Source: Clostridia bacterium (GTDB lineage: Bacteria > Bacillota > Clostridia > Christensenellales > UBA1242). From it: a stretch of 53,138 nt of DNA. The position numbers were made by a program, and so were the translations under genes. The notes under the pieces were generated by a model. The model saw nothing but the letters and a program-made list of their open reading frames with translations. It was not told the DNA's origin and ran no database searches. The stretch spans positions 1 to 53,138 of the forward strand of contig JAGASX010000010.1 in NCBI GenBank assembly GCA_017621525.1, read 5' to 3'. Below, piece by piece: positions 28,431 through 36,258 of this stretch (positions are counted from its first letter, which is position 1; each line of letters starts with the position of its first letter).

Positions 28431-29852
28431 GTGTGTCAATAAAAAATTTTAACATAACTTTCAAACGAGTAGATGGACAACCAGTATGGAACAAAGGTTT
28501 TAGACTTATCTGAAATAACATAACTCTCAAACATGCAAGCGTCGGAGCAACAAAAGACGAAGGTTTTAGACTTATCTGAAATAACATAACTCTCAAACCA
28601 GTTTAAAAGTCTTGAAATGTGGAATAGTGTTTTAGACTTATCTGAAATAACATAACTCTCAAACGATGTTGAAACCTATGGAGATGGTGTTGATGTTTTA
28701 GACTTATCTGAAATAACATAACTCTCAAACTTAAAGAACTCACTCCATTTTTTGTAATCTGTTTTAGACTTATCTGAAATAACATAACTCTCAAACCTCA
28801 TCATTTACTTGCTGAACAAACTCGTTGTTTTAGACTTATCTGAAATAACATAACTCTCAAACGTTGTTATAGTGCTTTTGGGCATATAACCAGTTTTAGA
28901 CTTATCTGAAATAACATAACTCTCAAACACCCAGACGCAACTATTGCGACAAAATTTGGTTTTAGACTTATCTGAAATAACATAACTCTCAAACACTAAA
29001 GCACAAAACAAGTCAATCAAAAATGTTTTAGACTTATCTGAAATAACATAACTCTCAAACATTACCAGTCTTTTTAGCTTTAATAAAAGCGTTTTAGACT
29101 TATCTGAAATAACATAACTCTCAAACTATCTTGAACCATTTGTCTTTCAAGTTTAAGTTTTAGACTTATCTGAAATAACATAACTCTCAAACTTGGCGAA
29201 GTTTCAACGCTTCTTGTCTAAGGTTTTAGACTTATCTGAAATAACATAACTCTCAAACCTTGAGCAACTCGTGAAAGAACGTGGGCTGGTTTTAGACTTA
29301 TCTGAAATAACATAACTCTCAAACGATTCATACATGCTGTAAGCAAAACAATCAGTTTTAGACTTATCTGAAATAACATAACTCTCAAACCAAATATGAC
29401 TGCTGAAACTGATTTTATTAGTTTTAGACTTATCTGAAATAACATAACTCTCAAACACATAAAAGCGTTTGAAATACTATATAATAGTTTTAGACTTATC
29501 TGAAATAACATAACTCTCAAACTTAGACCATGTTTCCCAATGGTCGTTGCGGGTTTTAGACTTATCTGAAATAACATAACTCTCAAACATACTTTGGGCT
29601 TAGAAGATTGTTTTCTCTGTTTTAGACTTATCTGAAATAACATAACTCTCAAACCCCTTGCATTTGTTCTTGTATACTTGCGAGGTTTTAGACTTATCTG
29701 AAATAACATAACTCTCAAACATAGAATTTATGTCCCTGACAACTATATTAGTTTTAGACTTATCTGAAATAACATAACTCTCAAACGCATTAAGTATTAT
29801 AATGTGGATAAACAAAGTTTTAGACTTATCTGAAATAACATAACTCTCAAAC
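28431..29852 (-). CRISPR. Type II-A CRISPR array: 21 identical 36-nt repeats (GTTTGAGAGTTATGTTATTTCAGATAAGTCTAAAAC on the minus strand), one degenerate trailer repeat and 21 spacers of 30 nt
   Basis: Exact 66-nt periodicity from 28497 to 29852; degenerate copy at 28431-28466 keeps aacataactttcaaac; orientation set by leader, tracrRNA complementarity and the degenerate end. Confidence 0.99.
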
Positions 29853-29970
29853 CTCAAATTTTGAAAAGTTATTTTTCGCTTACGGCGGTTATTTTTTTAT
29901 CGATAAGTCTTTTTTGAGTTGATAAGTCTATTTTTTTTATTATTTTAACCTATTTTTGACAATTTTTCAA
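29853..29970 (-). promoter_or_regulatory. CRISPR leader with promoter and leader-anchoring sequence
   Basis: ATTTGAG immediately before the first repeat (known type II-A leader end); TTGAAA-17-TAAAAT at 29970-29942. Confidence 0.8.
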
Positions 29971-30636
29971 TCAAATTACGCATAAATCTTTATCAATTAT
30001 AATTTTTTCAAAGATTTCAGAGCCTGCATAATCACTGCTTGCAATGTTTAAAACGCCAACCTGCCAATATTTTAATTGTTTTAAAAGAGTAGCCATTTTA
30101 TCTGCGTCGAGAACAGACTGCAAATTAACAAAAACAAAAATTTTTGTATTTTTAAGTTTAATATTCACATCAACCCAAGTTGCAATTTTGTCTACAAGTT
30201 TTTCCTCTTCTAAAATTTTGAATGATAAAAGTTTGCATATAGTTTGATAAGTGATTTCTTCACTGCTTTCAAGAGGAAGGTCTATGTTGTCAGAAATTTT
30301 TTCACCTAATGAATGAATTTCCGAAGCAATTTCTTGCACTTCTTGAAAATAGTCGCCCTCCTTAAACACATTTAAAACTTTTGCATTTATCCCATTCTCA
30401 ATTTTCTTGTTAGAAAGCGCAAGTGAGAAAAAATCATAAATTACAGAAACAATGTTTTCAATTTGAAGAATTTTGCCATTTTCAGAAAGTACCCACTCTC
30501 CATATTCTCCGTCAATTTGGGAAATAAGTTGTTTTGTAAGAGAATAGAACTCTTGCGGATTTTCTATAATTAAAGTTTGGAATAGATTTTCATCAAAATT
30601 TATCTGCCTATCAAAATTTTTATGAACAAGTTTCAT
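29971..30636 (-). CDS. csn2: Type II-A CRISPR-associated protein Csn2
   Basis: 221 aa after cas2; LIIENP, FVFVNL, IIIDKDLCVI motifs. Confidence 0.93.
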   Translation of the reverse strand: MKLVHKNFDRQINFDENLFQTLIIENPQEFYSLTKQLISQIDGEYGEWVLSENGKILQIENIVSVIYDFFSLALSNKKIENGINAKVLNVFKEGDYFQEVQEIASEIHSLGEKISDNIDLPLESSEEITYQTICKLLSFKILEEEKLVDKIATWVDVNIKLKNTKIFVFVNLQSVLDADKMATLLKQLKYWQVGVLNIASSDYAGSEIFEKIIIDKDLCVI

Positions 30637-30953
30637 AATTCCACCACCCTTTTTGTAGAGTCTATAACCTTTGTTTGGGCACTTCCCACATAATATTCAA
30701 TACTTGCAAATTGTTTTTCTGTAACTTCCAAAAGTTCTACAAGGCCAGCAGGAGGAATGTTTTTAAGCAACTGATTTTTTAATAGTTTTGATGAATTATT
30801 GTTTAAAACAAGTCTGGAATAAACCGATTCTTGCATCATAATAAATCCGTTTTTTAACAAAAACTTACGAAATTTTCGATACTCTGCCAAATCTTTGTTT
30901 GTAACAGTTGGCAGGTCAAAAAACACTAACAATCTCATAATCCTTCTACTCAT
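30633..30953 (-). CDS. cas2: CRISPR-associated endoribonuclease Cas2
   Basis: MRLLVFFDLP, YRKFRKFLLKNGFIMMQESVY, VTEKQF. Confidence 0.97.
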   Translation of the reverse strand: MSRRIMRLLVFFDLPTVTNKDLAEYRKFRKFLLKNGFIMMQESVYSRLVLNNNSSKLLKNQLLKNIPPAGLVELLEVTEKQFASIEYYVGSAQTKVIDSTKRVVEL

Positions 30954-31803
30954 AATTACAAATTAGTCTTGCGTCCCCCTCTTCAAGAGCCTCAAAAATG
31001 CGTTGACAATATATTGAAATAGCATTTTCAAAATATTGTAGTTTATCGCAAATTTTTAATTGTTTTTCAAAAATTTGCAACATTTTTGCTTTAAAATCAT
31101 CATTTTCTTGCAAATTTAGTGCGATTTCATCAATCAGCGGGCGAAAAGGTTCCATTAAATCACAGCCTAAATTAAAATCATTAAATTCATTTTTATGCCA
31201 AATCCCAAGTTGAGTTATATAACCACACTTTACAATTTCGCGATTGAAGCATGAAAGTAAAATTGTATATCCGTAATTTAAGGCAGAATTTGTTTTTGTA
31301 AATTCTCCCCGCGAAAAATCCATACCAAAAAGTGCATTGAAATATACTTTCGCAGAATGTCCCTCGCGGTTTGTTGCATCGTTTAATTCAATTTCTTCAA
31401 CATATTTATCAAGCAATTGTCCCTCATTAAAATGACCATATTTTTTAAGAAGCCTGCTTTGATTTTTAATTTTCATTTCAACAATTTTCGCCCAAACCCG
31501 AGCCTTAACATCATCTTTCCATGCAATTTGCATTTTTATTTTCTTTGAGGTGTTATGACTGCCATAAAGTGGAAGAAGTTCACTTTCAGGCGAATGTTTT
31601 TCATCACAAAAAATTATTTTTACCTTATTTTTTACAAGTTCGCTTATCAGCGCGGTTGTAATTGAAATCGCTGTGGACTCTAAAATTAAATATGAAATTT
31701 CCGGAATAAAAACCTTTGTTTCTTGTTCACATCGGCAAACAAGATAATTCATTTTAAGGTCAAGTTTACAGCGATTTTTTACAACAATTGTGCGAAAGCC
31801 CAT
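30946..31803 (-). CDS. cas1: Type II CRISPR-associated endonuclease Cas1
   Basis: IIFCDEKHSP, DATNREGHSAKVYFNALFG, NSALNYGY, FNLGCDLMEPFRP. Confidence 0.97.
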   Translation of the reverse strand: MGFRTIVVKNRCKLDLKMNYLVCRCEQETKVFIPEISYLILESTAISITTALISELVKNKVKIIFCDEKHSPESELLPLYGSHNTSKKIKMQIAWKDDVKARVWAKIVEMKIKNQSRLLKKYGHFNEGQLLDKYVEEIELNDATNREGHSAKVYFNALFGMDFSRGEFTKTNSALNYGYTILLSCFNREIVKCGYITQLGIWHKNEFNDFNLGCDLMEPFRPLIDEIALNLQENDDFKAKMLQIFEKQLKICDKLQYFENAISIYCQRIFEALEEGDARLICNYE

Positions 31804-31805
31804 TT

Positions 31806-34800
31806 TTACAATTTTACCACCTTTTCAAAAATGCCCGTTTGAGAACGCATAACAAGTGAAATGTTTTTATCGGTAATGTTTTTGTTAAGGGTAACAATAC
31901 CTATATTTTTTGAATCTTTCAGTTTTACAAATTTAATACCCTTAGAATTAACTGATAGACCTTTTGCGATTGCAAGCACTTCTGGAACCTGTTCTTTAAT
32001 GGATAAATTTATAAAATTATCCCTTTCTTTTTGAAGAACTTCTGCCAAACCATAAAGTTGCGTTTCTTTATAACAATTTTTTGTAAACTGCTTTGTTATT
32101 TCATCATAAAGTGCAAGATTTTTCTCTTTTGTGATAAGTCTTTCTTGATTTAATGTTTTATCGGAAGGTGAAAGGGCTATTTCATTATCAGAAACTTGAA
32201 CACCGCTGTTTTCCGTCCTTTTCATTCTTTCAAGGTCGGTAAATTTTTCAAGATTTTTAATAATCTGAACACACCATCGAGGAGCATGCCATTGATTAGC
32301 ATTTTTCAATTGAAAACAATCTCCACTTTTTGCGGACAGCCAATATTCTCCGCCACCTATTTTTAATGTTGAAACCAAGTTTATTTTAGGAATAAGAATT
32401 TTGGCATTTTCAAGGTTGTATCTTTTGGCAAGATATTCAAAAATCTTTTGGTCGCAATTTTTATCTTTCTGATATTTTTTATAAATCATAACAGGTACGC
32501 TTTCTATGGTTTTAATTTTCTTGCCCTTGTTCTCGCTTTCAATAAGCATGTAGTAAGCAATTGTTTCGCTGTTATATCCACCATACAATCCAATATCAGC
32601 AATTGGGCTGTTTTCACCTTTAAGACTTATTTTCGCCTTGCTATGTTCACCGATAAATTTGCTGTTTTTCTCATTTTTATAAATAGTAGCATCATAAAAT
32701 GCACCATTTTTCTTTGCATAGTTCATGCGACTGACAAGGCAATCATTTTTTTCGCAAATTTCTTTTACCCTTAAAATATCCTCTTTGCCATTCCATATAA
32801 CCTCTCCCGATTTTGGAGAATAAATGGTATGTTCAAAAATTTTACCGATATTTTTTGTGGTTTTGCTGTTTTTATTATTTACTTTATAGAAATTTCTTGG
32901 GTCATCAGTGAAACGGCTGTACAAAACATTACCTGCAACAATGTTAAGATATGCGTCCTTTGCGTGATGCAAATCATTAACAGAACGGCATTTTATAATA
33001 TCTGCACACGACTTAAATTCATTTGCCATACTTGCTTTTGAATAAACAATCTTTCGCGGGTCGTCTACCATGTTTTTAAGAAGTTCAATAACAGCCTTTG
33101 CCGTTTGATGAGTTTCTACCATTTGGCGAGCGATAAAACCACCAAGTTCTTCCTCTGTTATTGGGGTTTTGCGGGTAAGGTTTGCGTATTTTTTGTCAGA
33201 CATAAGTCCGCATTTATGTAAAATTGACCAAAAATATTGTTGGCTTTCAACCCAATCTGGGTGTTTATTAAAAATTGGATAATCATCTTCTTTTTCTCTG
33301 TTGTATTGACTGAGAACAAGCACCTTGTTGTCTATGCTGTCATCTTTTATCATTGCTTGAGGAATGATATGGTCAACATCGCAAACACGCTGGTTGAATA
33401 CTTCGTCAATTGAAAGAGGCTGTCCGGTGTATGCACATTTGCCAAGTTGAAGGAAATATAAATATAGTTTTTCACTTTTAATTTTGCTTGCGGTGTCATC
33501 ATGATTAAGCTCATTAAGAAGTTCTTGCAAATCCAAGGTTAAACCTTTTACACAATCTTTAAATTCTTGTGAAGTATATATTTCCTGCAGTTTTTTCTGA
33601 CGAGAAAGTTTTTCGCCCATATCAGGACGCTTTTCTCTTGCAACTTCTACAAAAATTTTATCTGGCATTTTGCCGAGTGCAAGTTTTACCTCATCAATTA
33701 TTTTTATAGTCTGCCATACAGAGCGTTTTACAGCCGGCGAGCAATACAAAGCATCAACATCTTGGTATGTTATTGTATCAAACTTTGCCTTTCTAAATTT
33801 TCTTAATTCTTCTTGCAAAGACAGGTTTGAATCGTTGACTATTTCCATAAGATTTTGATTTGTATTCCAAAGTCTTTCAATAACGGTTATCGCTTCGCCA
33901 TTTTCATCAGCAAACAAAAGCCCATGCAAGAATTTTTTTGAAAGTCTGCCCCAGCCCGAGCAGGTGATTGATTTAAGTTCTTTAATTTGTCCATCGTTTA
34001 GCCTATTGCCAAACTTCTTTCTTATACAACTTTCAAGTCGGGTTTTATCTGCAATTATAGTTTTAAGTTTGATAATCTCCTCAAACATATCCAAATTGTC
34101 ATCAACAAATTGTTTGCCAAAAAGAGGGCTTGTTGATAATTTTGCATAAATGCCAAAATTGTTTTTAAATTCTTTGTTTATTCCTTCAATAACAATATCT
34201 TCGCCAAGTTCTGCCTTTAAAAACTCTTTCAGTTTTTTGATTGTAACTTTATTTTCCCTTTCAAAAAGTCCTTCAAAAATTTTTTGTTTCAATTCAACTG
34301 AAATATTTTCACCATTCAGTCGTAATTTATTCAGTTCATCAAGTACCATAAATTTAGAATACAAAATTGATTGTTTTGGCAAAACATCTTCGGTTGGAAG
34401 TTGACTGCACTTACCCGTCATGCGAGAGATAAAACTTTCTTCCGCCTTATCAAAATCCACAATTTTGTTCAGTGTCCAAGGACGAAGTGGGATATTGCTT
34501 TCCTTCACCGACCAAGCAAATTTTCTTTCCTCTTCATCTTTTCCGCCAATTGGCCCTACAAAATATGGCACGCGATATTCAATTATTTTTATTATTTTTT
34601 CTGCATTTGTCAGCCCGCTTTCATCTTTTTCATTAAGGAATGGATATTTTGTGGCGTTTACTTCAAGTATTCTTTTTGCCTCGTTGACATAAAGTTGGTT
34701 TGGAAATGTTGCATTTACTTTTGTTCTTTGTTTGTTTAAAAAGTCGCCATTTTCCATGGCAAGGTAAATTTTATTTTTAATTTTTTTGAAGTTTTCATCG

Positions 34801-35987
34801 CCATCTTTTTTCTTGTCAAGAACTGATTTTACATACTTATAAAAATCTTCCCTTGTTGCGCTTTTTGTTCCACCAAATCGAACAACTTGTTTTTGTCCGT
34901 CAAAAATACTTCCATTTACATAAACAGCATAGTTTACATTTTTAAAATCTTTGCCCTGTCCAAGGCGGAACATATTTGAATATTCTTCCGGGTAATATGT
35001 TTTTATAAACTTCTTAAATTCTTTAAGTTGTTCTTTGTGTATACCAAAAAGTTGAGTATGAGCTTGACAAATATAATCATTGTTGCCTAAAAATTTCTTT
35101 AAAATTATGATTGAATAAAGATTTTTAAGTTTTTCAAGCATTTGCAACTGCTCATCTTGCAAAAATGATAACGATGCAATTGTTGTGTCTATTTCATCAT
35201 CAGAGAAATTTAATTTTGTTTCATTCTCTTCCTCAATTTCAAAAACATCTTTCAGGGTTATTTTTCCGTCTACAATGGCGCAAACAACCGCCTTTTCAGC
35301 CTTGGTTTTTGCACCAAAAAGGTCGCACAATTGTTTTTTCTTATCCCTTATTCCATTATTATTTTTAACAATCTCTAAAATTGCGTTTTCTTCGGGCGAA
35401 TATATTGATGAAATTTCTTCTATGCTTTTAAATTGTTCTATAAATTCATCAACCACCCTTTGCAAACTTTGATTTTTGCCAATATCGCACTCTAAAAGAA
35501 AGTGCCCGCGACGCTTTACGATGTTATGAAGTGCAAGATACAGAAATCGTATATCTTTCGCTGGGGTTTGGGTAAGTTCTTCGCGAAGATGATAAATGGT
35601 TGGATAATTGTTATAAAAATCTTTATCTGTATACTTTTTTCCATCAATTTCATCGGCAAAAAGAGAATTTTTTGATTTTAAATTTTTCTTTAATTTATCA
35701 TCAATGTAAAGACTGCTTGCTTTAAGTCTATCAAAAAAGCGAGGGTCTTGCTTATCAACTTCCCTTTCAAAAACTTCGCGAAGCCACGCAAGTTTAAGTT
35801 TTCTTCTTTCAAGTCTGCGTCTGCCTGTTCTAAACGCACGTCGTTCCTCTGCCGACATTGCCTCATCAAAAAGGCGTACTCCCCAAAGTTTTTTGCGCTT
35901 TGCCCTAACAATTTCATACTTGTCATTTGTAACCGCCCAACCACAACTGTTTGTGCCGGCATCAATTCCTAAATAAATTTCTTCCAT
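31806..35987 (-). CDS. cas9: Type II-A Cas9 (1393 aa from the likely ATG at 35987)
   Basis: RuvC-I YLGIDAGTNSCGWAV, Arg-rich bridge helix, RuvC-II IFVEVARE, HNH DVDHIIPQ...DNKVL, RuvC-III HHAKDAYL; AAGGAG RBS before MEEIYL. Confidence 0.98.
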   Translation of the reverse strand: MEEIYLGIDAGTNSCGWAVTNDKYEIVRAKRKKLWGVRLFDEAMSAEERRAFRTGRRRLERRKLKLAWLREVFEREVDKQDPRFFDRLKASSLYIDDKLKKNLKSKNSLFADEIDGKKYTDKDFYNNYPTIYHLREELTQTPAKDIRFLYLALHNIVKRRGHFLLECDIGKNQSLQRVVDEFIEQFKSIEEISSIYSPEENAILEIVKNNNGIRDKKKQLCDLFGAKTKAEKAVVCAIVDGKITLKDVFEIEEENETKLNFSDDEIDTTIASLSFLQDEQLQMLEKLKNLYSIIILKKFLGNNDYICQAHTQLFGIHKEQLKEFKKFIKTYYPEEYSNMFRLGQGKDFKNVNYAVYVNGSIFDGQKQVVRFGGTKSATREDFYKYVKSVLDKKKDGDENFKKIKNKIYLAMENGDFLNKQRTKVNATFPNQLYVNEAKRILEVNATKYPFLNEKDESGLTNAEKIIKIIEYRVPYFVGPIGGKDEEERKFAWSVKESNIPLRPWTLNKIVDFDKAEESFISRMTGKCSQLPTEDVLPKQSILYSKFMVLDELNKLRLNGENISVELKQKIFEGLFERENKVTIKKLKEFLKAELGEDIVIEGINKEFKNNFGIYAKLSTSPLFGKQFVDDNLDMFEEIIKLKTIIADKTRLESCIRKKFGNRLNDGQIKELKSITCSGWGRLSKKFLHGLLFADENGEAITVIERLWNTNQNLMEIVNDSNLSLQEELRKFRKAKFDTITYQDVDALYCSPAVKRSVWQTIKIIDEVKLALGKMPDKIFVEVAREKRPDMGEKLSRQKKLQEIYTSQEFKDCVKGLTLDLQELLNELNHDDTASKIKSEKLYLYFLQLGKCAYTGQPLSIDEVFNQRVCDVDHIIPQAMIKDDSIDNKVLVLSQYNREKEDDYPIFNKHPDWVESQQYFWSILHKCGLMSDKKYANLTRKTPITEEELGGFIARQMVETHQTAKAVIELLKNMVDDPRKIVYSKASMANEFKSCADIIKCRSVNDLHHAKDAYLNIVAGNVLYSRFTDDPRNFYKVNNKNSKTTKNIGKIFEHTIYSPKSGEVIWNGKEDILRVKEICEKNDCLVSRMNYAKKNGAFYDATIYKNEKNSKFIGEHSKAKISLKGENSPIADIGLYGGYNSETIAYYMLIESENKGKKIKTIESVPVMIYKKYQKDKNCDQKIFEYLAKRYNLENAKILIPKINLVSTLKIGGGEYWLSAKSGDCFQLKNANQWHAPRWCVQIIKNLEKFTDLERMKRTENSGVQVSDNEIALSPSDKTLNQERLITKEKNLALYDEITKQFTKNCYKETQLYGLAEVLQKERDNFINLSIKEQVPEVLAIAKGLSVNSKGIKFVKLKDSKNIGIVTLNKNITDKNISLVMRSQTGIFEKVVKL

Positions 35988-35991
35988 TTGC

Positions 35992-36020
35992 TTGACTCCT
36001 TTGTAAAAATGTTGTATATT
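35992..36020 (+). promoter_or_regulatory. tracrRNA promoter
   Basis: TTGACT-17-TATATT directly upstream of the anti-repeat; its -35 overlaps the cas9 RBS on the other strand. Confidence 0.7.
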
Positions 36021-36026
36021 AATGGT

Positions 36027-36107
36027 GAATAACATAACGAGTTCAAATACATTTATTCAAAACATATCGCAGAGTGGCGAGCAAGATGAGGGTTTCCCTC
36101 ATTTTTT
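36027..36107 (+). ncRNA. tracrRNA
   Basis: Anti-repeat AATAACATAAC-GAG-TTCAAAT pairs with repeat GTTTGAGA-GTTATGTTATT with the usual bulge; ends in hairpin atgaggg-ttt-ccctcat plus a T-run. Confidence 0.9.
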
Positions 36108-36135
36108 GTTTGCCTTTCACCTTTAATATAGAAAA

Positions 36136-36163
36136 ATTATACCATAATAATTTTCTTTTACAA
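36136..36163 (-). promoter_or_regulatory. Probable cas operon promoter
   Basis: TTGTAA-16-TATAAT with TG extension, upstream of cas9 beyond the tracrRNA. Confidence 0.5.
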
Positions 36164-36224
36164 AGGCTTTTAAATGGCAATATGAAACCTTACAAAATAA
36201 GCATAATTTCGACAAAAGGCAATT

Positions 36225-36257
36225 AAAAAAGCGTTGACTTTTTTCAACGCATTTTTT
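36225..36257. terminator. Terminator downstream of 36259..38370
   Basis: gcgttga-ctttt-tcaacgc hairpin with A/T tails. Confidence 0.7.
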
Positions 36258-36258
36258 A

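Noticed and set aside
28467-28496. Oldest spacer matches the HEPN gene start region at 12/13 nt (tttgttccatact vs tttcttccatact, 27861-27873)
   Set aside because: Short, AT-rich and mostly in the spacer 5' part that is trimmed from Cas9 crRNAs, not the seed; chance is likely
28603-29857. Repetitive ORFs (FESYVISDKSKT / RVMLFQISLK repeats)
   Set aside because: Translation artefacts of the 66-nt CRISPR periodicity
35988-36035. Upstream ATG for cas9 (MLFTINIQ...)
   Set aside because: Overlaps the tracrRNA and its promoter; RBS and RuvC-I position support 35987
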